Below are positions 8,484 through 17,472 of a DNA stretch of 64,000 nt, in pieces. The stretch spans positions 32,211 through 96,210 of the forward strand of contig CAVFPH010000001.1 in NCBI GenBank assembly GCA_963624325.1, read 5' to 3'. The position numbers were made by a program, and so were the translations under genes. Each line of letters begins with the position of its first letter. Positions within the stretch are counted from its first letter, which is position 1. Source of the DNA: a bacterium (GTDB taxonomy: Bacteria; Bacillota; Clostridia; Christensenellales; Aristaeellaceae). The notes below the pieces were generated by a model. That model worked only from the letters and a program-made list of their open reading frames with translations. It was not told the DNA's origin and searched no databases.

Positions 8484-10403
8484 ATGAAAAGAATAATTGC
8501 GATTCTGCTTTCCGCATGCATTGCCTGCATGGCAGTTCTGCCTGCTTTGGCGGAAGGAAAGAAAGACGAAACGGTCTATGTCATTTCAAATGCGGATGGA
8601 TCCGCAAAGAACATTATTGTAAGCGATCATCTGACCAACCCCGACGGAGCGGATACGATTGCGGATGTATCCGAGCTGGAAGAGATTGAGAACGTTAAGG
8701 GCGATGAGACATTTAGCGATGGTACATGGCAGGCAAACGGCAATGAAATCTACTATCAGGGAAAGAGCAGCGATGCGCTTCCGGTTGAAATGAAGATTTC
8801 TGCCACGCTGGACGGGGCGGAGATTGCACCGTCCGAACTGGCCGGAAAGAGCGGCCATGTCGTCCTGCATATTGAGTATCAGGTAAATGTCTCTTACGAA
8901 AACGAGGGAGAGACAGTCAAAGTTCCCTTTGCCGTTGTTATGGGAACACTGCTTGACAATGATGTTTTCTCGAATGTTACTGTAAAGAACGGCTGCGCAG
9001 TCAATGACGGTGACCGTACGCTGGCAATCGGTTTGTGCATTCCGGGCATCAAGGCGGGACTTGGACTGGACGACAAGGATATAGAACTGCCCGAATCCAT
9101 TGAGATTGAGGCAGATGCGGAAAACTTCAGCCTTCCCGTGACCGTATCCCTGGCAACGACCGAAGCGTTTGCGGCACTGGATGCAGGAATGCTGGATGAT
9201 GCCGAAAGTCTGAAGGAAACCGCTTCAAAGCTGACCGATGCGATGACTCAGCTGCTTGATGGTGAAAATCAGCTGTACAACGGTTTGAACACAATGAACG
9301 ATGGTTTAAGCAGCCTAAACGATGGTGTTGAACAGCTTGCGTCCGGCACGGGCACACTGGCAACAGGCGCAGACACACTGGCGACCGGCCTGACAACCTT
9401 GACGGATAACAACGCGGCGCTTGTTTCCGGTGCGGAACAGGTATTTGAGACGCTGCTGGCGCAGGCAAATGCTGCATTGACTCAGGCAGGCGTTGAAACA
9501 ACGCTGACAATTGACAACTATGCATCTGTACTGGATACGTTGGCAGAGGCGGCTTCGACGGATGCCGTAACCGCTCAGGCCAAGGCAAAGGTTGAAGAAG
9601 CGGTTCGCGCCCAGGAAGATACGGTGCGCAGTGCCGTAACCGAAGCGGTTCGTGCCCAGGTTGAGGAGCAGGTAACCGCTGCCGTAAAGGAACAGGTACT
9701 GGAGCAGATTCTCACCAGCCAAAACCTGACAAAGGAAACTTACGAGGCGGCTCAAAAGAGCGGTATGATCAGTGCCGAGCAGCAGAAGAAGCTGGATGCC
9801 GCTTTGGATCAGCAGATGCAGTCGGAGAGCGTTCTTGCCATCGTTGCACAGCAGACGGAATCCCAGATGGCATCCGATACCGTAACGGCTTTGATCGAGG
9901 AAAACACGGAAAACCAGGTACAGCTGCTGGTTGAGCAAAATATGCAGTCCGAAACCGTTCAGGCACAGATCGCCGCTGCCTGTGAGCAGGGCACATCTCT
10001 GGTAACCTTGAAGGCGCAGCTTGACAGCTACAATACCTTCTACAGCGGCTTGATTGCATACACAAACGGCGTGAGCGATGCCGCAGCCGGTGCCGCTCAG
10101 CTAAAGGACGGAGCAGTTGCGCTGCAAAGCGGTACTGCGCAGCTGAAAGATGCTATGCCCGCTCTGACCGAAGGCGCATCCAGCCTTGTGGATGGCGCAA
10201 AGGCACTTGTTGATGGCCTGACAGAATTTGATGATGAGGCAGTGTCCAAGCTGACGGATGCAATCGGCGATGAAATAGAGCCCCTGATTGCCAATGTCAA
10301 GACGCTGATCAAAGCGGCGCAGTCCTACAGCAACTACTCCGGTTTGGCCGATGGTATGGACGGTGCTGTACGCTTCATCTTCCGTACCGACGCAATCAAG
10401 TAA
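8484..10403 (+). CDS. secreted protein with YhgE/Pip-type heptad-repeat (xxxLxxG) coiled-coil region
   Basis: Signal peptide ending ALA-EG. Beta-rich N-domain. Then LLDGENQLYNGLNTMNDGLSSLNDGVEQLASGTGTLATGADTLATGL and C-terminal LKDGAVALQSGTAQLKDAMPALTEGASSLVDGAKALVDGL repeats flanking a Q/E-rich helical region. No C-terminal TM bundle. Starts 6 nt after the MMPL stop. Confidence 0.55.
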   Translation: MKRIIAILLSACIACMAVLPALAEGKKDETVYVISNADGSAKNIIVSDHLTNPDGADTIADVSELEEIENVKGDETFSDGTWQANGNEIYYQGKSSDALPVEMKISATLDGAEIAPSELAGKSGHVVLHIEYQVNVSYENEGETVKVPFAVVMGTLLDNDVFSNVTVKNGCAVNDGDRTLAIGLCIPGIKAGLGLDDKDIELPESIEIEADAENFSLPVTVSLATTEAFAALDAGMLDDAESLKETASKLTDAMTQLLDGENQLYNGLNTMNDGLSSLNDGVEQLASGTGTLATGADTLATGLTTLTDNNAALVSGAEQVFETLLAQANAALTQAGVETTLTIDNYASVLDTLAEAASTDAVTAQAKAKVEEAVRAQEDTVRSAVTEAVRAQVEEQVTAAVKEQVLEQILTSQNLTKETYEAAQKSGMISAEQQKKLDAALDQQMQSESVLAIVAQQTESQMASDTVTALIEENTENQVQLLVEQNMQSETVQAQIAAACEQGTSLVTLKAQLDSYNTFYSGLIAYTNGVSDAAAGAAQLKDGAVALQSGTAQLKDAMPALTEGASSLVDGAKALVDGLTEFDDEAVSKLTDAIGDEIEPLIANVKTLIKAAQSYSNYSGLADGMDGAVRFIFRTDAIK

Positions 10404-10427
10404 AAAGCGAGCTGCAATCGTAAAAAG

Positions 10428-10470
10428 CTGCGGGGAGACGTGCAATAACATGTCTCCCCGCAGTTTTTTG
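10428..10470. terminator. bidirectional intrinsic terminator between convergent genes
   Basis: Perfect 12-bp stem CTGCGGGGAGAC / GTCTCCCCGCAG, flanked by AAAAAG upstream and TTTTTTG downstream. Confidence 0.7.
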
Positions 10471-10483
10471 TATTTAAAAATGC

Positions 10484-11926
10484 TTAGTTTGCGGGAATGT
10501 CGCCCACTTCAATGGGATAGCCCTTGGGCATGCGCGCAAGCTCTTCATCACGGGTATTGACATGATCGTCAAACTTGGGATAGAAGGACAGCGGCTCCTG
10601 GCGGGCGGGACTTTGCAGAACGCGGGTATCTACGCGCGGGCAGCAATCCGAGGCCATGTGTGCATCCAGCAATGCTTTGAGTTCCTGACAGCGCGGATTG
10701 GCAGGATCGTAGCGGTCATGGGCTTCCGGGAAGGAATCAAAGTAGAAATAGCGGTCACCGATGCCGGTATAGACAAGCTTATCGTGGTTGGAGGCCACCA
10801 TATATGTGGCGCTGGGACCGGAGGAATACTGGGAATACACCACATCATGATGCTCGTCCATCAGGTTTATGCCGTCGTATTCCGCCTTATCATAGGGAAT
10901 GCCGCACAGAGACAGAAGCGTGGGAGCAACGTCTACCAGTGAGCATACTTCGGAGCGGCGCTCATGTGCCTTTCCGGGCACTTTCAGCAGGAAGGGGATA
11001 TGGCTGGCACCGTCCAGCATGGTGCGCTTGCCCATGGAACGATAGTCGCCCATCAGATCACCGTGGTCGGAGGAATACATGATGATCGTATCATCGTACA
11101 TTCCCTTATCCTTGAGCGCCTGAATGATGCGTCCTACCTGATAATCCACAAAGGAAATGCAGGCGTAATAATGCTGATTCAGCAGCTCCAGCCGACGGGG
11201 GGAGATGCCAAGGGCATCCAGGGTGTACCGATTGCGCAACAGATCCTCATAGCTGTCCCGATCTTCCGGCTGGAAGGCGCGACGGATGGGATGACGGTAC
11301 ATCTTGTTCCACGGTGCGGGCGGGCAGAACGGCGGATGCGGATGAATAAAGGATGATACCAGGAACATCGGCTCATCCGGATTGCAGCTTTCGATAAATT
11401 CTACCGAACGGTCACCGATCCACTGGGTGGGATGCGCTTCCATCGGCAGCTGCGAAACCTGGGGGATATAATACAGCTCGGTGCGCTGACCGTTATAGTC
11501 AAATACATTTTTGTAGGGGGTAGCCTTCAGCCACTTGGTATAGTCATCATCGGGATGCGCCATCTCTTCCTGAGAAATGCGCTTTTTGAAGCCGAGCGGG
11601 GCATAAAGATCGGTGTAGTTATGCATTTTGCCAATGCAGCAGCTGTTATAACCGGCCTTTGTGAATTCCGAATAAAAACCTTCGCCGCTGTAAACCTGGG
11701 CGGTATTATTGGTGTTGTTGCCCGTACGTGCGCAATATTGCCCGCTCAGCATGGACAGACGTGCCGGTACACATACCGGGGAGGGAGTATAGCATTTGTC
11801 ATAAACAATGGCGTCGCCGCTCAGCTGATCCAATGCAGGAGTCACGATATCATCATTGCCCAACGCATGAATGGTATCATAACGCTGCTGGTCAGTGAAA
11901 AACATAAGTACGTGTTTTCTCTTCAT
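10484..11926 (-). CDS. Cys-type sulfatase (formylglycine-dependent, S1 family), no signal peptide
   Basis: MKRKHVLMFFTDQQRYD N-terminus. Signature SPVCVPARLSMLSGQ (CxPxR). SSDHGD block. ATG 11926 with AAAGGAAG RBS preferred over the upstream ATG at 12013. Confidence 0.85.
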   Translation of the reverse strand: MKRKHVLMFFTDQQRYDTIHALGNDDIVTPALDQLSGDAIVYDKCYTPSPVCVPARLSMLSGQYCARTGNNTNNTAQVYSGEGFYSEFTKAGYNSCCIGKMHNYTDLYAPLGFKKRISQEEMAHPDDDYTKWLKATPYKNVFDYNGQRTELYYIPQVSQLPMEAHPTQWIGDRSVEFIESCNPDEPMFLVSSFIHPHPPFCPPAPWNKMYRHPIRRAFQPEDRDSYEDLLRNRYTLDALGISPRRLELLNQHYYACISFVDYQVGRIIQALKDKGMYDDTIIMYSSDHGDLMGDYRSMGKRTMLDGASHIPFLLKVPGKAHERRSEVCSLVDVAPTLLSLCGIPYDKAEYDGINLMDEHHDVVYSQYSSGPSATYMVASNHDKLVYTGIGDRYFYFDSFPEAHDRYDPANPRCQELKALLDAHMASDCCPRVDTRVLQSPARQEPLSFYPKFDDHVNTRDEELARMPKGYPIEVGDIPAN

Positions 11927-12058
11927 GATTTGCTTCCTTTCGATTTTATGGCTTGTTTCATGCCGATTTCGACAACCTATGCCATTATACACGAATATTC
12001 TTGTTTTGTCCAATTCTATTTTTCGGGAGGATGAAAAAACGGAAGGCAGAAAGCCTGC

Positions 12059-12090
12059 AAAAAAGGCAAGCCGGGATGACCGACTTGCCT
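12059..12090 (-). terminator. intrinsic terminator between the two minus-strand sulfatase genes
   Basis: Read on the minus strand: AGGCAAGTCGG-TCATC-CCGGCTTGCCT (11 bp with one G-U pair) followed by TTTTTT. Confidence 0.5.
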
Positions 12091-12109
12091 GAAAGCCGCG
12101 CGGATGCTT

Positions 12110-13585
12110 TTATTTTGAAAGGGCCAGCTGCTTGGAAGGGTCATTCCCGGTGGGATGGTAGGGGTTTGCTACAACGGCTTTTTCGTAGTTCTCCCATGCC
12201 TGCCAGTATATTTTTCCGTACTTGCCATCCGCGTCATCCCATTCATCGCGCAGCTTCATCATGCGTGCACGCAGATGGTCGGTGACCTGCTCATATCCGG
12301 GAATGTCGAAGCAGTTGTTCTTTTCCCAAGGATCGTTTTTCAGGTCAAACAGCTGCGTGAGCTTGAGGTTCTCCGTGCGGTATTCGATAAGCTTGAACCG
12401 CTCATCCATGACGCCGCGTATGCGGGCCTGGAAGGCAAGATACAAATCCTCCCGAACGCAGGCATCGGCATTGTGAAGTACAGGCAACAGGCTCTTCCCT
12501 TCCACAGAATCGGGAATATCAACCCCGCACAGGTCGCACAGCGTGGGATAAACATCCAGCAGATAGCATAGCTGCTCGCGCCGTTCTCCCTGCGGAATGC
12601 CGGGGCCTGCCATTACCAGCGGAACGTTTACGCTGTGCTCGTAGATGTTCTGTTTTCCCATCAGACCATGCTGACCGATGGCCAGACCGTTATCGCCCAT
12701 CAGCACAATGATGGTATCATCCAGCAATCCGCGCTCCCGCACAGCGGTCATGACTTCGCCGATGCGGTAATCGATATGGCTGATCATGGCATAGTAATCG
12801 GCAATGTGCTGGCGAACCTTCATGGGATCACGCGGATAGGCCTCGATGGTCTCGTCGCGGCCGTTGGCCGACCAGCCGCAATTGACAACGGGCATGGCGG
12901 CAAAGTTATCGGGCAGGGGGATGTCCTCTGCCTTGTACATGTGCTTGAACTCCTCCGGCATGGTGCGCGGATCATGCGGAGCCAGGAAGGAAAGGTATAG
13001 GAAGAACGGCTTGTCTTCCTGATAATCGCGAATGAAGCGTACGGCATCGCCGGAGAAAAGATCGGTAGAGTGCACACCCGCATTGATGCGGTCGGCACGC
13101 ACCATCATGCTGGTGCCGGACGCGGAAAAATTGGGGGTAAAGTGAATGCGGTGCTCATACTGCCCGTCCGGGTTGTAATCGCATACCGGCACATTCCAGT
13201 GATCCCACATGCCGCCAAAGAAGATATCGGCACCGCTGGAGAAGGATCTGGAATAGGAATCCGGCCCGTTGTGCCATTTGCCGATGCCGTGCGTGTGGTA
13301 GCCCGCGTTCCGCAGGCATTCGCCCAGTGTTACGTGCTCCGGGGGAATGTCCTGGCCTTCGCCCGCCAAATGAAACAGCGTGCGCCCGGAATTGAGCATT
13401 GCGCGGCTGGGCATGCATACGGCACCGAGGGTACCGCCGGGAATATGGGCGCGGGTAAAGGAGGTGCCGCGCTGCACCAGCTCATCCATATTAGGGGTTT
13501 GTACGATATCATTGCCCAGCGCATGAATGGTTCCCGCACGCTGGTCATCCGTCAAAAGGATAATTACATTCGGCTGTTTTTTCAT
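12110..13585 (-). CDS. Cys-type sulfatase (S1 family), no signal peptide
   Basis: MKKQPNVIILLTDDQRAG N-terminus. Signature GAVCMPSRAMLNSGR. GDNGLAIGQHGLMGKQN block. GGAGG upstream of ATG 13585. Confidence 0.85.
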   Translation of the reverse strand: MKKQPNVIILLTDDQRAGTIHALGNDIVQTPNMDELVQRGTSFTRAHIPGGTLGAVCMPSRAMLNSGRTLFHLAGEGQDIPPEHVTLGECLRNAGYHTHGIGKWHNGPDSYSRSFSSGADIFFGGMWDHWNVPVCDYNPDGQYEHRIHFTPNFSASGTSMMVRADRINAGVHSTDLFSGDAVRFIRDYQEDKPFFLYLSFLAPHDPRTMPEEFKHMYKAEDIPLPDNFAAMPVVNCGWSANGRDETIEAYPRDPMKVRQHIADYYAMISHIDYRIGEVMTAVRERGLLDDTIIVLMGDNGLAIGQHGLMGKQNIYEHSVNVPLVMAGPGIPQGERREQLCYLLDVYPTLCDLCGVDIPDSVEGKSLLPVLHNADACVREDLYLAFQARIRGVMDERFKLIEYRTENLKLTQLFDLKNDPWEKNNCFDIPGYEQVTDHLRARMMKLRDEWDDADGKYGKIYWQAWENYEKAVVANPYHPTGNDPSKQLALSK

Positions 13586-13619
13586 TGGTGTCTATCCTCC
13601 CAAAGAGCTTTTCACGAAT

Positions 13620-13648
13620 AATATACGCTTTTTTCCCAAATACCGCAA
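13620..13648 (-). promoter_or_regulatory. candidate sigma-A promoter for the sulfatase gene at 13585
   Basis: Minus strand reads TTGCGG - 17 nt - TATATT. Confidence 0.3.
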
Positions 13649-13656
13649 GACAAAGA

Positions 13657-13668
13657 CGGCAATTGCCG
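13657..13668. promoter_or_regulatory. perfect 12-bp palindrome CGGCAATTGCCG (candidate operator)
   Basis: Self-complementary 12-mer just upstream of the putative minus-strand -35, inside the divergent sulfatase/deoR control region. Confidence 0.35.
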
Positions 13669-13678
13669 ACTTTATTTC

Positions 13679-13740
13679 TTATTGCGCGAAATTAAAGGCA
13701 GAACTGATCATTATTGCGCAAAAAAAGAGCGAACTGCGCA
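13679..13740. repeat. tandem imperfect ~31-bp direct repeat (TTATTGCGC...GAACTG, two copies)
   Basis: Copy 1 is TTATTGCGCGAAATTAAAGGCAGAACTGATCA (13679-13710). Copy 2 is TTATTGCGCAAAAAAAGAGCGAACTGCGCA (13711-13740), ending 7 nt upstream of the deoR -35. Confidence 0.55.
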
Positions 13741-13747
13741 CGGAGAA

Positions 13748-13776
13748 TTGCCAAAATGGTTGATGCTTGCTATAAT
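13748..13776 (+). promoter_or_regulatory. candidate sigma-A promoter of the DeoR-family gene
   Basis: TTGCCA - 17 nt - TATAAT, with TGc immediately 5' of the -10. Confidence 0.45.
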
Positions 13777-13807
13777 CAATAAAGAAAACTGCTAAGGAGG
13801 ATGCGCA

Positions 13808-14548
13808 ATGCTGGGTGTTGAGCGGCTGGACGGTATCATGGAAATGCTGAAGGACGGCCAGGCTGTTTCCATTCATACGATGTCGAAAACCCTGTTTATC
13901 AGCGAATCCACGCTGCGCCGTGATTTGGCAGCCCTGCAAAAGGAAGGCCTGATCCGCCGAATTCGCGGCGGCGCAATTTTGGCAGCAAACAATCGGTATT
14001 TGCCTCGTTTGATTCGTGAGAATGAGGTGCCGGATATTAAGGAAATTATCGGCGCTCAAGCTGCGGCATTGGTTAAATCGAGCGATGTGATCCTAATGGA
14101 TCCGTCCACCAGCGTCAGCCATATGGTGCCTTATCTGCCTCAGCACTCTGATTTGATGGTGATCACAACCGGACTGAAAACGGCACTTGCACTCAGCGAA
14201 AGGCATATCCGCACGATGGTAACCGGCGGAAGCGTAGTTGACAACGGATATTCGTTGGTGGGCAGCTATACCGAGCCGATGCTTCAGGATATCATGGCCG
14301 ATACATTCTTCTTTTCCTGCCGAGGGGTCGGCGCTGATGGCCGCATTTGCGGTACTTCCATGGAGGAGAATCAGGTGCGCCGTATGATGTCCCGCCATGC
14401 ACGCAGGATCGTTTTCTTGCTGCCTTCACATAAAATCGGCCGCGAGTATTACTATACCTATGGGTCATTGGCCGACGTGGATCAGGTGATCAGCGATGTG
14501 CCGCTGCCGGCTGAATGGCAGGAAATGGTCGGGAAAAACAGAAAATAG
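13808..14548 (+). CDS. DeoR/GlpR-family transcriptional regulator
   Basis: N-terminal wHTH ...SIHTMSKTLFISESTLRRDLAALQKEGLIRRIRGGA and a C-terminal DeoR sugar-phosphate sensor domain. AAGGAGG RBS. Confidence 0.85.
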   Translation: MLGVERLDGIMEMLKDGQAVSIHTMSKTLFISESTLRRDLAALQKEGLIRRIRGGAILAANNRYLPRLIRENEVPDIKEIIGAQAAALVKSSDVILMDPSTSVSHMVPYLPQHSDLMVITTGLKTALALSERHIRTMVTGGSVVDNGYSLVGSYTEPMLQDIMADTFFFSCRGVGADGRICGTSMEENQVRRMMSRHARRIVFLLPSHKIGREYYYTYGSLADVDQVISDVPLPAEWQEMVGKNRK

Positions 14549-14602
14549 GCACTTCGGCGGTAGATGGCTGCTTTCGCATTGCTGCATAGTCCGTTGAAGC
14601 AA

Positions 14603-14647
14603 AGCTGCGGCAGAAAGGTTTGCATTCTGCCGCAGCTTGTTTTTTGC
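14603..14647 (+). terminator. intrinsic terminator after the DeoR gene
   Basis: 12-bp stem AGCTGCGGCAGA / TCTGCCGCAGCT followed by TGTTTTTTG. Confidence 0.7.
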
Positions 14648-14840
14648 TTAAAATGATTGAATTTGACGGAAAATGAAATAAAATAACGTGTCGGATGGCC
14701 AAATGCAATTTTACTGTGCAATCCGCCGAAACGGTTGAAATTGAAAATTTCGTGTGTTATGATTTAACCATCAGATTTGTATATATCGCGTCGAAATTCA
14801 GTCGGTATGTACACCAAAGATTTTCAAGGAGGAGACTAAC

Positions 14841-16397
14841 GTGAAGAAACTAATCGCATTGTTGATGGCCATGTGCCTGCTGCTCTCCGCAGGGGCGGCT
14901 CTGGCCAATGTAACCTACCCCATCCAGACCGATAAGCCCGTAAAGCTGAAGGTGTGGATGGAGATGAACGCGGGCGCGTCCCAGGTGTATACCAATTACA
15001 TGGAAAACCCGGTGTACCAGCGCTTTTCCGAAGTTACCGGCATCGAAATCGAAATGATGCACCCCACCTATGGCGCGGCGAGCGAAGGCTTTGCCCTGAT
15101 GCTGGCCGGCAACGAGCTGCCCGATATCATTGTGGATCTGGAAAAGTTCTACAATGGCGGCGCGGTGGCTGCCTATGATGACGGTCTGATCTACGACCTG
15201 ACCCCCTATCTGGAGGAGAACGCCCCCGACTATTACAACCTGATTAACGCAAACGATGACGTGCGCCGCCAGTTCTACAACGAGGACAATCGGGTGCTGG
15301 GCTTCTATTATTATCAGGATGAATATGATTCCCTTCCCGACTGCCTGGTAGTCCGTACAGACTGGTGTGAGGAATTCGGCATTGATCCCGCTGAAATTAC
15401 GACATTCGATAAGCTGGAGGAGTATTTCCAGAAAATTGTCGAAAACAAGCCTGGTGTTGTGCCGCTTTTGACCGGCAAGAGTCAGGCTTATACAACCCTT
15501 GGCGCAGGCTACAATGTGTATCAGAATTTCTATCAGGTGGACGGCACCGTCAAGTACTATGCTGACAGCCAGGAGTGGCATGACTTCCTGAGCCGTATGC
15601 ACAGCTGGTATGTGAAGGGCTACATCGGCACCGATTTCGGCACCGTCGGCAACGCTCAGTGCAGAAAGATGTATTCCGCAGGCACAATCGGCAGTCTGGT
15701 GGTTGCAATCGGCAATGCCTATTCCGATTCAAAGGCATCAGGAACGCTTATCTCGAAGACCCCGTATCAGTCCGCCAGCGAAGACTTGCAGGTTCATGTG
15801 TATAACCTGGGCGTGAACGTGAATGCCGGTTACTGCACCGTGATCACCACCGCTTGCGACGAAGACCTGCTGCCCATTGTGTGCCAGTTCCTTAACTATA
15901 CCTATACTGAAGAAGGCTCCGTGTTTGCCAATCGCGGTCCCGAGGGCCTGTCCTGGGTAGCTACGGACGATCAGGGCGGCTTCCAGTTCACCGATTGGGT
16001 TCTTCACAACGAACTGTATGAAACCTCCATCATGCACAATGTGTGCCGCATGACCTATTGGCCCTGCAAGCGCATCCCCGATACCCAGTGCAGCCCCAAC
16101 CTGCTGCGCGATGAGACCGCTGTGGCTTTGCGTCTGCAGTACGCCGACCGCGAAAACTGGGATAATGCTTGGCTGATGCCCACCAGCGTGACCCTGACCA
16201 CCGATGAAAACAACGAGCGCCTGAAGATCATGAGCAATGTGGATACCTATGTGAGCGAAATGTCGCTTAAGTTCATTCGCGGCGAGGTCGATCTGGAGAC
16301 CGGTTGGGACGCCTATGTGAAGCAGCTGGCCTCCTATAAGCTGGATCGCGCAGTGGAAATCACCCAGGGTGCTTACGATCGTTATCTGAGCCGCTAA
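14841..16397 (+). CDS. extracellular solute-binding protein of a carbohydrate ABC importer (large LplA-like type)
   Basis: GTG start after AAGGAGGAG. Signal peptide MKKLIALLMAMCLLLSAGAALA. About 518 aa, the size of LplA-type oligosaccharide binding proteins. Followed by LplB/LplC-type permeases. Confidence 0.8.
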   Translation: MKKLIALLMAMCLLLSAGAALANVTYPIQTDKPVKLKVWMEMNAGASQVYTNYMENPVYQRFSEVTGIEIEMMHPTYGAASEGFALMLAGNELPDIIVDLEKFYNGGAVAAYDDGLIYDLTPYLEENAPDYYNLINANDDVRRQFYNEDNRVLGFYYYQDEYDSLPDCLVVRTDWCEEFGIDPAEITTFDKLEEYFQKIVENKPGVVPLLTGKSQAYTTLGAGYNVYQNFYQVDGTVKYYADSQEWHDFLSRMHSWYVKGYIGTDFGTVGNAQCRKMYSAGTIGSLVVAIGNAYSDSKASGTLISKTPYQSASEDLQVHVYNLGVNVNAGYCTVITTACDEDLLPIVCQFLNYTYTEEGSVFANRGPEGLSWVATDDQGGFQFTDWVLHNELYETSIMHNVCRMTYWPCKRIPDTQCSPNLLRDETAVALRLQYADRENWDNAWLMPTSVTLTTDENNERLKIMSNVDTYVSEMSLKFIRGEVDLETGWDAYVKQLASYKLDRAVEITQGAYDRYLSR

Positions 16398-16448
16398 AGA
16401 AAAAATGAAGCCGTTTGAGGAAAATGCTTCCTCCGGCGGCTGCCCATC

Positions 16449-16476
16449 GCGGGGAGCACCCCACGGCGCTCCCCGC
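16449..16476 (+). other. intra-operon GC hairpin after the binding-protein gene
   Basis: GCGGGGAGC - 10 nt - GCTCCCCGC (9 bp) followed by ATATTATA. Position typical of a partial terminator or stabiliser that raises binding-protein mRNA relative to the permeases. Confidence 0.4.
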
Positions 16477-16501
16477 ATATTATACCCGAGGAGGGGATTG
16501 C

Positions 16502-17458
16502 ATGCAGCAAGTTGTGAATGATCGCCCACCGGTAAATTACTACAAAAAAACCTTTTTTCAGCGTTTGGCACTGGACTTTCGGCAGAATAAAATTGTATAC
16601 CTGATGTGGCTGCCGGTGCTGGCCTTTTACCTGATTTTCCATTACGCGCCAATGGGCGGGCTGGTAATCGCCTTCCAGAATTACAAACCCTTCAAGGGCA
16701 TCGCCAAGTCCAAGTTTGTGGGGCTGGAGCATTTTCAGGAGTTCCTCACCGGCCCCTATGCCTGGCGCACCATCCGCAACACCCTGGTGATCAGCTTTTT
16801 GCAAATTGTGATTGGCTTTCCCATGCCCATCATCTTTGCCCTATTGGTTAACGAGGTGCGCTGCAATCCCTACAACCGCGTCGTGCAGACGGTCAGCTAT
16901 ATGCCCCATTTTATCTCTCTGGTGGTCATGTGCGGCATGATCAGCGATTTCTCCGCCTCCACGGGTCTGTTCAATGTATTCCGCGATCTGGCAGGCAAGC
17001 CGCATCTGAATTTTCTTGCCGAGCCGCGCTATTACCGCACCATTTACGTTGTCAGCGGCATTTGGAAGCAGATGGGCTGGAGCAGTATCCTGTATCTGGC
17101 TACGCTGTCTTCGGTGGATATGAGCCTGTATGAGGCTGCTGCCATCGACGGCGCGGGACGCTTCCGCCAGATGCTCAGCGTCACCCTGCCGGCGCTGGTG
17201 CCCATCATCGCCGTACAGCTGATCATGCGCATGGGCCACATCATGGGCGAAGGTCATCAGAAGACCATCCTGCTTTACAACGAGATGACCTGGGAGGTAT
17301 CCGATATCGTGTCCTCCTATGTGTATCGCCGAGGACTCAAACAGAATGATTACAGCTTCGGCGCGGCGGTGGATCTGTTCAATTCGGTGGTCAATGTGAT
17401 CATCCTGTGCTCGGCCAACTATTTCTCCAAGCACGTCGTCAAGGAAAGCCTTTGGTAA
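16502..17458 (+). CDS. ABC transporter permease (LplB/MalF-like)
   Basis: ATG 16502 after GAGGAGGGG. Multi-TM protein with the EAA-loop region LYEAAAIDGAGRFRQMLSVTLP. Confidence 0.85.
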   Translation: MQQVVNDRPPVNYYKKTFFQRLALDFRQNKIVYLMWLPVLAFYLIFHYAPMGGLVIAFQNYKPFKGIAKSKFVGLEHFQEFLTGPYAWRTIRNTLVISFLQIVIGFPMPIIFALLVNEVRCNPYNRVVQTVSYMPHFISLVVMCGMISDFSASTGLFNVFRDLAGKPHLNFLAEPRYYRTIYVVSGIWKQMGWSSILYLATLSSVDMSLYEAAAIDGAGRFRQMLSVTLPALVPIIAVQLIMRMGHIMGEGHQKTILLYNEMTWEVSDIVSSYVYRRGLKQNDYSFGAAVDLFNSVVNVIILCSANYFSKHVVKESLW

Positions 17459-17472
17459 GGGAAGGTGCTGAT

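Noticed and set aside
9590-9690. Internal ~45-bp DNA repeat (GAAGCGGTTCGYGCCCAGG twice) in the heptad-repeat protein as a possible DGR variable region or recombination hotspot
   Set aside because: There is no reverse transcriptase, template repeat or adenine-biased mismatches in the window. It is consistent with ordinary internal duplication of a coiled-coil segment.
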